Source: Novosphingobium sp. (GTDB lineage: Bacteria > Pseudomonadota > Alphaproteobacteria > Sphingomonadales > Sphingomonadaceae). From it: a stretch of DNA of 64,000 bases. The stretch spans positions 728 through 64,727 of the forward strand of contig JANLOZ010000257.1 of assembly GCA_031366845.1 (NCBI GenBank). Direction: 5' to 3'. Below the pieces are notes generated by a model, which did not search any database, was not told the origin of the DNA, and worked only from the letters and a program-made list of their open reading frames with translations. Position numbers and translations under genes: made by a program. Shown piece by piece: positions 41,230-48,637 of this stretch. The stretch's first letter is position 1, and every line of letters begins with the position of its first letter.

Positions 41230-41245
41230 CATGTTAATTAACATG
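41230..41245. promoter_or_regulatory. perfect 16-bp palindrome at the start of the acyl-CoA ligase gene (probable operator)
   Basis: CATGTTAATTAACATG equals its own reverse complement. Confidence 0.55.
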
Positions 41246-42931
41246 AGTGTCAGTAAATCAACCGAGCCTTGGCTCAACCATTATGGCCACCCCATTCCCT
41301 GGGAAACTCCGTTTCCGCCGCTGTCTTTGCCCGCTATGTTTGCCGCAGCCACCTGCGATCACGGCAAAGCGTCGCTGGTTGATTTTCTCGGGCGGACCTA
41401 CAGCTATTCGGCGCTTTACGCACAGGCTCGCGCTTTCGCCTCCGGTCTGCAGGCGATGGGCATAAACCAGGGTGACCGCGTCGGACTCTACCTGCCCAAT
41501 GTCCCGGTTTACATCCCCGCCTACTTTGGCGCGATGATGATGGGGGCGACAGTGGTCAATTTTTCGCCGCTCTATACCGCTCAGGAGCTCGAGGCGCAGG
41601 TCGCCGATTCGGGAACGCGATTGCTCGTCACGGTAGACCTTGCCCGGCTGCTCCCCACCGCGCTGCAGGTGCTCGGCAATTCCGCGCTCGAAACACTGGT
41701 GGTCGCCCCGTTCACCGCAATGCTGCCAGCGATCAAAGCTCTGGCATTCCGCATAGTCAACCGCAAGGATCTGACGCCTATTCCGGCCTGTAAAGGCGTG
41801 ATGACGTGGCGTTCGGTGCTGCGCTCCACCGAACCCAAGCCGGTAACCATCGATCCCGAACACGATCTCGCCTTGCTGCAATATACCGGCGGCACCACCG
41901 GCACACCCAAAGGCGCGATGCTCACGCATCAGAACCTTTCCGCCAATGCCCGCCAGATCAACGGGCTCGATCCGCACCGGGGCCAGCGCGATATGATCGT
42001 CGGCGCGCTGCCACTGTTTCATGTTTTCGCCAATTCCGCCGTGCTCAACCGCACCGTGCTTAACGGCGGCTGCATCGCGATGCTGCCGCGCTTTGATGCC
42101 GCTCTGGTTTTTGCCGTGATGAAGCGGCTGCGGCCAACCTCGTTCCCTGGCGTGCCGACGATGTTCCAGGCGCTGCTCGAAAGTCCGAAGTTCGAAGGTG
42201 CCGACCTTTCCTCGTTGCGAGTGTGCATCGCCGGCGGCGCACCGCTGCCGGTGCGCATCAAGGAGCGCTGGGAGGCAGCGACCGGCGTGCGGCTGGTCGA
42301 AGGCTATGGTCTCACTGAAAGTTCAGGTGTTGTCACCGCCAACCCCTATGACGGCGATGACCGGATCGGCACCATCGGCCAGCCGCTCGCGGCCACCCGG
42401 CTGATCCTGCTCGATCGCGAAGATCCAACCCGGCTCGCACCGCGCGGGGTGCCCGGCGAGCTGGCCATTTCAGGGCCGCAGGTGATGCAGGGCTATTGGC
42501 GGCGCCCCGAAGAGGCCAAGATCGCCTTTGCCGAGATCGATGGGACACGCTGGCTGCGCACCGGCGACGTCGGCGTGCTCGAAGAAGGCGGCTACTTCAG
42601 CATTGTCGACCGGATCAAGGACATGATCTCTGTCGGCGGCTTCAAGGTTTTCCCGAGCCAGGTCGAGCATGTGATGCAGGACCATCCAGCGGTCAAGGAC
42701 GTGCTCGTCCTCGGCGTGCCCGATGATTACAAGGGCGAAGTGCCGCGTGCCTATGTCACGCTGATTGACGGTGCTGCTGAAACCGGCACCGGGCTGAAGG
42801 CCTGGCTTAATGACCGCGTCGGCAAACACGAACGCGTTGATGCCGTGGTTGTGCGCCAGAGCCTGCCCAGGACGATGATCGGAAAACTGGATCGGAAAGC
42901 CCTGCGCGAAGAGGAAATGGCTGGGGTTTGA
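41243..42931 (+). CDS. long-chain fatty acid--CoA ligase
   Basis: LQYTGGTTGTPKG AMP-binding motif, EGYGLTE, WLRTGDVG and GKLDRKAL. Start may be the ATG at 41231 or 41243. Confidence 0.92.
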   Translation: MSVSKSTEPWLNHYGHPIPWETPFPPLSLPAMFAAATCDHGKASLVDFLGRTYSYSALYAQARAFASGLQAMGINQGDRVGLYLPNVPVYIPAYFGAMMMGATVVNFSPLYTAQELEAQVADSGTRLLVTVDLARLLPTALQVLGNSALETLVVAPFTAMLPAIKALAFRIVNRKDLTPIPACKGVMTWRSVLRSTEPKPVTIDPEHDLALLQYTGGTTGTPKGAMLTHQNLSANARQINGLDPHRGQRDMIVGALPLFHVFANSAVLNRTVLNGGCIAMLPRFDAALVFAVMKRLRPTSFPGVPTMFQALLESPKFEGADLSSLRVCIAGGAPLPVRIKERWEAATGVRLVEGYGLTESSGVVTANPYDGDDRIGTIGQPLAATRLILLDREDPTRLAPRGVPGELAISGPQVMQGYWRRPEEAKIAFAEIDGTRWLRTGDVGVLEEGGYFSIVDRIKDMISVGGFKVFPSQVEHVMQDHPAVKDVLVLGVPDDYKGEVPRAYVTLIDGAAETGTGLKAWLNDRVGKHERVDAVVVRQSLPRTMIGKLDRKALREEEMAGV

Positions 42932-42990
42932 TCTCTTCGGTCCGCGCTTCTTTCCGGTCGGCGGGTATTGGCGAATCGGGAAGGATCGGT

Positions 42991-44328
42991 TCAGCCTGCC
43001 AACCTTAAGCCCATCACCGGGGCCTCAATCGCCTTTGGCTGATCGGGCCATATTCCGCGCGTATCATAGACCACTTTGCCAGCACGTTCGGCCAGAGGCA
43101 CCACGCGGAAGACGTCGTGGTCGACGAGCACGATGAGCAGATTGCAGTCTTCGAGCGCGGTGTCCACGTCGATCAGACTCGCCCCGGTTCCTTCAAATTC
43201 ACGCGGCAGTTCAGCGGCATAGGGCTCGACCACCGAAATCCGTGAACCAAACCTGCGCGCCAAAGTCGCTGCGACCAGCCGTGCCGGGCTTTCGCGGAAA
43301 TCATCGATGTTGGCTTTGAAGGCGAGGCCCAGGCAGGCGACCTTTGCATTCGGATTTGCCTTCACCAAAGCATCGGCCTGCGCAATAACATGGTGGATTT
43401 TGCAATCATTGACCCCGCGCGCAGTGCGGATGAGCGGCGAGTGTTCCGGCGCGGAATGGACGATGAACCACGGATCGACCGCTATGCAGTGTCCGCCGAC
43501 ACCCGGCCCCGGTTGGAGGATGTTGACACGCGGGTGGCGGTTGGCGAGGCGGATCACTTCCCACACATCAAGCCCCAGCGAGTCCGAAATCATCGACAGT
43601 TCGTTGGCGAAGGCGATGTTGACATCGCGGTAAGCGTTTTCGACCAACTTGGTCATTTCCGCCGAGCGCGAATCGGTCGTCACACAGGTGCCGCGCACGA
43701 AAAGCTTGTAGAACGCGAGCGCCTTGCGCGCACATCGCGGCGTGATGCCGCCGATTGAGCGGTCGTTATTGGTCAATTCCTCAAGGATTTTCCCGGGCAG
43801 AACCCGCTCGGGGCAATAGGCGACCGAAACGTCAGGCGTTTCATGGGTCTGGTTCCCTTGTCCTGAAGATTTGGCTTGTCCTGAAGATTTGGGAAATTTG
43901 AGGTCGGGGCGTTCAGCGGCGAACAGATCGCGCAAGGTTTCGGTGGTACCGACCGGCGAGGTCGATTCGAGGATCACCATGTCGCCCGCCTTGAGCACCG
44001 CAGCGACCGAGCGGCCGGCGTTGAGCACATAGGTCAGGTCTGGCGCATGCTGTTTGTCGAACGGTGTCGGCACCGCGATGATGAAGACATCGGCGGGGGC
44101 GACGGTGGTGGCGGCAGTGAGCAGACCGCGCGAAACCACGCCCTGCACCAGCCCATCAAGATCAACTTCTTCGATATGAATTTCGCCGCGGTTGATAGTA
44201 TCGACCACGCTTTCGGCAACATCGACGCCGAACACGCGGCACCCTGAACGGGCCACGATGGCGGCGGTTGGCAGGCCGATATAGCCCAGCCCGATTACCG
44301 AGACGTCAGGCTTCTTTTCCAGTTTCAC
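42991..44328 (-). CDS. wecC: UDP-N-acetyl-D-mannosamine dehydrogenase
   Basis: IGLGYIGLPTA, LESTSPVGTT, YCPERVLPG, GPGVGGHCIAVDP and AFKANIDDFRESP motifs; downstream of wecB. Confidence 0.93.
   Translation of the reverse strand: MKLEKKPDVSVIGLGYIGLPTAAIVARSGCRVFGVDVAESVVDTINRGEIHIEEVDLDGLVQGVVSRGLLTAATTVAPADVFIIAVPTPFDKQHAPDLTYVLNAGRSVAAVLKAGDMVILESTSPVGTTETLRDLFAAERPDLKFPKSSGQAKSSGQGNQTHETPDVSVAYCPERVLPGKILEELTNNDRSIGGITPRCARKALAFYKLFVRGTCVTTDSRSAEMTKLVENAYRDVNIAFANELSMISDSLGLDVWEVIRLANRHPRVNILQPGPGVGGHCIAVDPWFIVHSAPEHSPLIRTARGVNDCKIHHVIAQADALVKANPNAKVACLGLAFKANIDDFRESPARLVAATLARRFGSRISVVEPYAAELPREFEGTGASLIDVDTALEDCNLLIVLVDHDVFRVVPLAERAGKVVYDTRGIWPDQPKAIEAPVMGLRLAG
43857..43892. repeat. perfect 18-bp tandem duplication inside wecC
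   Basis: CTTGTCCTGAAGATTTGG x2, in frame, giving KSSGQAKSSGQG. Confidence 0.9.
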
Positions 44329-45451
44329 TACGCAGCAGCTCCACGATCCGGCGCGCAGTTTGCCCATCCCCAAAGGGATTGTGCGCGCGCGCCATGCTTT
44401 CGTAAGCCGCGTTATCGTCGAGCAAGGTGAAGATTTCGGTAACGATACGCGTGGCATCGGTGCCGACGAGCTTTGCCGTTCCCGCCGTAACGCCTTCGGG
44501 CCGCTCAGTAGTTTCGCGCATTACCAGCACCGGTTTGCCAAGCGCAGGGGCCTCTTCCTGCACGCCGCCGCTGTCGGTCAGCATGATGTGGCTCATGCCG
44601 ATCAGACGGGCGAAGTGCGGGTAATCGAGCGGTTCGATCAGCGCGACGTTATCGAGGCCTTTCAGCGCGGCATCCATCACGGCGCGGACATTGGGGTTGG
44701 GGTGGACCGGGAAGACAATCCCCACGTCACTCCGCCGGGCGATCTGGCGGACGGCTTCGGCTATGTTTTCAAGCCCCCCGCCAAAGTTCTCGCGGCGGTG
44801 GCTGGTCACGCCGATGATGCGCTTGCCGGCAAACCGCGCCGCGATTTCGGCCAGACCTGAGGCGAGCGAAGGATTGGCAGCGATCCGCGCGGTTACCCAG
44901 TGGAGCGCGTCGATCACCGTGTTGCCGGTGACGTGGACGCGCGCGGGATCGACGTTTTCTGCGATCAGCGCGGCGGCGGAAACATCGGTCGGCGCGAAAT
45001 GCAGGCTGGCGATTGAACCGATGATCTTGCGGTTCACCTCCTCGGGCCAGGGGTGGTAGATGTTGCCCGAGCGCAGCCCCGCCTCGACATGATCGACAGG
45101 CACCTTGCGGTAATAGGCCGCGAGCGCGCCGCACATGGCGGTGGCAGTATCGCCCTGAACGATCACCCGGTCGGGCTTTTCTGAGTCCATTACGCCGCCG
45201 AGGCCAGTGAGCAGCGCGGCGGTCAGGGCATCGAGGCTCTGGTCTGGCTTCATCAGATCAAGATCGTGATCGGGCGTGATTCCGGCGATCTCCAGAACCT
45301 GATCGAGCATGCCGCGATGTTGCGCGGTGACGCAGACCTTGCAGTCAAACGCAGCGTCGGCCTTGAGCGCGGCGACAAGCGGAAACAGCTTTATAGCCTC
45401 CGGCCGGGTGCCGAAGATAACGAGGATTTTTGTAGGGGTTTTCGCGACCAT
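44306..45451 (-). CDS. wecB: UDP-N-acetylglucosamine 2-epimerase (non-hydrolysing)
   Basis: IFGTRPEAIK, VQGDTAT, HVEAGLRS, HRREN and TDSGGVQEEAP motifs. Confidence 0.97.
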   Translation of the reverse strand: MVAKTPTKILVIFGTRPEAIKLFPLVAALKADAAFDCKVCVTAQHRGMLDQVLEIAGITPDHDLDLMKPDQSLDALTAALLTGLGGVMDSEKPDRVIVQGDTATAMCGALAAYYRKVPVDHVEAGLRSGNIYHPWPEEVNRKIIGSIASLHFAPTDVSAAALIAENVDPARVHVTGNTVIDALHWVTARIAANPSLASGLAEIAARFAGKRIIGVTSHRRENFGGGLENIAEAVRQIARRSDVGIVFPVHPNPNVRAVMDAALKGLDNVALIEPLDYPHFARLIGMSHIMLTDSGGVQEEAPALGKPVLVMRETTERPEGVTAGTAKLVGTDATRIVTEIFTLLDDNAAYESMARAHNPFGDGQTARRIVELLRSETGKEA

Positions 45452-45531
45452 GGCGGCGCTTATAACATGGAGGTGTTAACTGTGCCTAACGGGCCCAGTC
45501 AGCCAAAAGAAACCAAAATGGTTATTTTCGC

Positions 45532-45561
45532 TTGACCCCGATCAATGTTTTTGTTATGTTC
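45532..45561 (+). promoter_or_regulatory. sigma70-type promoter with an overlapping alphaproteobacterial LexA (SOS) box
   Basis: TTGACC (45532-45537) - 17 bp - TATGTT (45555-45560). GTTT-TTGTTAT-GTTC (45547-45561) is one mismatch from GTTC-N7-GTTC and covers the -10. Confidence 0.65.
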
Positions 45562-45584
45562 TCACGTAAATCGTGGAGATCATT

Positions 45585-46664
45585 ATGCCCGCCAACGTTC
45601 ATATCGAGCGCAAATCCATCAAAATGCAGGTCTTCGAACATTACCTACGCACTGGCAGGCGCATCGATGTCAACGACTTGATTGCGGCAGTCGAGCGCAA
45701 GTTCAATCATAATCATGATCAGATTGGGCGCTTCGCCTTCTCGGCGGGAGCTACTTCGGGCGGCAGCTATATGTCAAGGGTAGCCTTTCAGCCGACAAGC
45801 AAGCCCCAGGCACCCAAGACAGCCCGAGCGGAAGGCGCCCACACAAATGCCAAGCCAGTGACAATTGCGGCAGTTGGGCATGGGTCAAATGCAACCGTCG
45901 GCACGAGCGAGTCTCAAGGCCGCATCTCACTACATTCGACTGTCATTGCACCTGAAGACTTGCAAATGCGGGCAAAGGCAATTCCGCGTGGGCATAACGA
46001 ATTGGTCAGAATGCCAAATATGGATGTTGTTGTGTTCGGTCCCGGCGTCAGCCTTGTTCCCGTGCAGGTCGGTTCTTTTGAGAGTTTCGATACCGCAGCC
46101 CATCTTTCCAGCAGAATCCACAATTTGGATGCTGTGATCACCGGGCCACAGTTTGATTTTAACCTTGCGGGCAGCGAAGCTCTTCACGGGCAGACTGTAA
46201 TTGGCGGGCGCGCCTATGGAAAATCGGCCCCCGGACTTTACTACTTCAGCACGGTGACCGGCCGCGATGGCGTCAAACATCTGACGTTCGGCAAGGGTGA
46301 TCCGCCAAGAATCGGCGGCGAGGTCGGATTCGGCGGTGGCGATCCGCTGCTCATTGCGGGGCAGGACGTGCCCGGCTACAACTTAGTTTGGAAATCTCAC
46401 AATGGGATGCCCGGCAAAGGGAAGAATATCGTTGCCTATAACTCAAGATCGAACGTCACAGCCGTTTTCGTTCAGCATCACGGCAAAACAGGATACGAGC
46501 TCAAGTCAGTCCGAGATTACCTCAGAAAATCTGGATTTGATTATGCATTGATGTATGATGGCTCCCGTTCAGTTTCCTTAAACTACAGAGGTTCTCCGAT
46601 TGTATCTCCGGGAGCAGATCGTCAGATGTTAATTCCCTTGGGAATTGGATTCCGATCAAAGTGA
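45585..46664 (+). CDS. hypothetical modular protein: N-terminal FEHYLRTGR...KFNxxHDxxGRF module plus divergent phosphodiester-glycosidase-like (DUF2233/NAGPA-like) C-terminal domain; candidate polymorphic effector
   Basis: 359-aa ORF with GGAG 6 nt before the ATG and no signal peptide. The C-terminal motifs DAVITGPQF, GGGDPLLIAG, GKNIVAY and GFDYALMYDGSRSVSL occur in the order of the DUF2233 motifs (xxINGxfF, gGPxL, RTaiG, AlNLDGGGS). Confidence 0.6.
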   Translation: MPANVHIERKSIKMQVFEHYLRTGRRIDVNDLIAAVERKFNHNHDQIGRFAFSAGATSGGSYMSRVAFQPTSKPQAPKTARAEGAHTNAKPVTIAAVGHGSNATVGTSESQGRISLHSTVIAPEDLQMRAKAIPRGHNELVRMPNMDVVVFGPGVSLVPVQVGSFESFDTAAHLSSRIHNLDAVITGPQFDFNLAGSEALHGQTVIGGRAYGKSAPGLYYFSTVTGRDGVKHLTFGKGDPPRIGGEVGFGGGDPLLIAGQDVPGYNLVWKSHNGMPGKGKNIVAYNSRSNVTAVFVQHHGKTGYELKSVRDYLRKSGFDYALMYDGSRSVSLNYRGSPIVSPGADRQMLIPLGIGFRSK

Positions 46665-46993
46665 ATCTGAATTTCTGTAATATGTCGACCGAGCTTTGGA
46701 CTGCGATCTCTTTGCTCTCTCTCTTGCTGGGGGCCACTTTGGGCCTTGTCTTGCAACGCCTTTTCTCAAAGGCCGGGAATGACCTTTCTTCGTCTAGCGC
46801 CCACAACTTGGCAGGCTGCCTGATTCCGGTTCTTTTTGCATTTTTTACGGGATTCATTGCGGCCAAATTGCTGCCGGATGATCCATGCGGGGGGGGCTAT
46901 ACAGCCGATTCGATGTTTGTGCCGTTTCAGGTCATCCCGTTGGTAGCAGCTGCCGGGGGTATCTTCTTCTGGTTCAAGGTTTTGCGCAAGTAA
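46661..46993 (+). CDS. small 3-TM membrane protein, candidate immunity protein
   Basis: GTG start overlaps the upstream TGA (alternative ATG at 46682); three hydrophobic segments; lower GC than the flanks. Confidence 0.6.
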   Translation: MNLNFCNMSTELWTAISLLSLLLGATLGLVLQRLFSKAGNDLSSSSAHNLAGCLIPVLFAFFTGFIAAKLLPDDPCGGGYTADSMFVPFQVIPLVAAAGGIFFWFKVLRK

Positions 46994-47000
46994 GATGCAC

Positions 47001-47558
47001 CTATTTGCCGGCAGGCGCCGGATTTGTCAGCGGCGGCAGCGGCTTGCCGTCCTGTTCTGCGCGCTGGCGGGCCTCGGCATCTTTTTCCGCCTGTTCGACG
47101 CGGGACTGGGTGGAAGCGGCATCGCTATCGACCGTGGCGAGGCGCTTGCCGCGTTCTTCTTCGATGATCTTGGCGAACGAGACATCCACCGCGCCGCGCT
47201 TTTCAGCGTAGGCATCATCGATCAGCCGCTGCGAACAGCCGGTCCAGCCGCCGGCGCCGACGGGCGTGCAGCTGAGCGTGCCGGTCTTGCCGACACGTTC
47301 ATAGGCCATCACCCGGCTGTTCCACGATTGGCTGTTGGCGCTGGGCGTTTCGCGCAGGCCCTGCGGGATGCGGTAGCGTTCAGCCTCGGGCTTACGGGCG
47401 CAGACGGTGATTTCATCCCCTGCGGGCTTGGGGCATTCGTCTTTGCCGTAGACGATGATTGCGTTGACTTTTTCACTGGCACCACCGTCCTCGGCAAAGG
47501 CCGGGGCGGGGCCTGCGGCGAGCAGGACGGCGAGCAGCGGGGTTACGGTAAAACGCAT
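47001..47558 (-). CDS. conserved secreted hypothetical protein (sphingomonad type)
   Basis: Signal peptide ending APAFA, IIVYGKDECP...EITVCAR...ERYRIP motif and a second Cys pair. Confidence 0.7.
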   Translation of the reverse strand: MRFTVTPLLAVLLAAGPAPAFAEDGGASEKVNAIIVYGKDECPKPAGDEITVCARKPEAERYRIPQGLRETPSANSQSWNSRVMAYERVGKTGTLSCTPVGAGGWTGCSQRLIDDAYAEKRGAVDVSFAKIIEEERGKRLATVDSDAASTQSRVEQAEKDAEARQRAEQDGKPLPPLTNPAPAGK

Positions 47559-47636
47559 GGGATCGACTCCGGATCGGGCTTGCGGCCCATATAGGCCCTA
47601 TGATGCTTGAACGGTAGATGAAGCCTGAGGTTGCAA

Positions 47637-48164
47637 TCAAATGCGCTCCGACAGCCGAATTGCCATCCGGCAGCCCATCCGGATTGCGCCCGACAGCAGC
47701 GGATAGGCGGGGGCGTTTTCCGCGCCTGCCGCCAAGGCGATGGCCTTGTGCTCGCGCTCGTCGTCGCGGAATTCGGTTATGATTTCAGCCAGTTCGGGAT
47801 CGGAACCATCGGCCAATTGATCGAGCTGCGCCGAATAGTGCCGGTCAATCTCGGTCTCGATCGCCGCAGTGCAGGCCATCGCCGCCTCGGGCCCGATCAT
47901 GGCGGTTGCCGCGCCGAGGGCAAAACCGGCAAGGGACCATAGCGGCTGCAAAAGCGTTGGCCGCACGCCGCGTTCCGCCATCAGGGCATCGAACCGCGCG
48001 CGATGACCGGCCTCTTGTTCGGCCATTGCGGCGATTTCTGCGGCGTGCGGCGCGTGGGTTCCCATTACCGCCATCTGTCCGGCATAGATCCGCGTCGCGC
48101 CATATTCGCCCGCTTGATCAACGCGCAACATGGCATCAAACCGGTCAAGTACCGGCACACTCAT
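47637..48164 (-). CDS. demethoxyubiquinone hydroxylase (Coq7 family di-iron protein)
   Basis: MLRVDQAGEYGA, EAGH, MACTAAIETEIDRHY and DDEREH iron ligands. Confidence 0.92.
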   Translation of the reverse strand: MSVPVLDRFDAMLRVDQAGEYGATRIYAGQMAVMGTHAPHAAEIAAMAEQEAGHRARFDALMAERGVRPTLLQPLWSLAGFALGAATAMIGPEAAMACTAAIETEIDRHYSAQLDQLADGSDPELAEIITEFRDDEREHKAIALAAGAENAPAYPLLSGAIRMGCRMAIRLSERI

Positions 48165-48637
48165 GCTGAAACGGTCCGAGAACGGCGCAGAAGCGCGAAA
48201 ATTGCCAACGCGCCAAGCGTCGAAATCAGGAAATTGTACCCGGCGAGCGATAGGCCAAACAGCGTCCATTGCGCCTCATCGCAGCGAATCGTCGGTGCCG
48301 ACATGATATCCGCCAGCGGATCACCGCTTTGCCCCACCAGACTGGTGCAGCGGGTAAGTCCAATCCACCACTTGTATTCAACCCCGGCGTGATAGAGCCC
48401 GATCAGTCCGGCAAACAGGATCGCCAGGCCCGCCAGTGCGATCGGCCACCGCGCGGGCTTCAAGGCAAAGGCCAGCGCCGCCAGAGCAAGCGCGGCGAAG
48501 TGGGCGTAACGCTGCCACCAGCACATCTCGCAAGGGAAAAGCCCGAAGGCAAATTGCGAAATATAGGCCCCGCCCAGCAGCGCAGCGGGGACCAGAAAAG
48601 CCAGCAATCGTGCGCGATCCTGCGCTGAATTGCTCAT
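48161..48637 (-). CDS. dsbB: disulfide bond formation protein B family
   Basis: PCEMCWWQR (CxxC), TM helices and a second Cys pair (TRC...IRC). Confidence 0.85.
   Translation of the reverse strand: MSNSAQDRARLLAFLVPAALLGGAYISQFAFGLFPCEMCWWQRYAHFAALALAALAFALKPARWPIALAGLAILFAGLIGLYHAGVEYKWWIGLTRCTSLVGQSGDPLADIMSAPTIRCDEAQWTLFGLSLAGYNFLISTLGALAIFALLRRSRTVSA

Noticed and set aside
41071-41277. 68-aa minus-strand ORF with a Cys cluster (CVRCQHCDPLQC)
   Set aside because: It overlaps the ligase start and palindrome, has no RBS and matches no known motif spacing; likely spurious.
45476-45490. TTAA-N6-CTAA between wecB and the cassette
   Set aside because: Wrong spacing for a CtrA box.
45452-47000. 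Mobile-element explanation for the cassette
   Set aside because: No transposase, integrase, terminal inverted repeats or target-site duplication are visible at its borders.
47608-47621. TGA-N8-TGA (CenR-like direct repeat) upstream of the secreted hypothetical gene
   Set aside because: Only six informative bases, so it is expected by chance.
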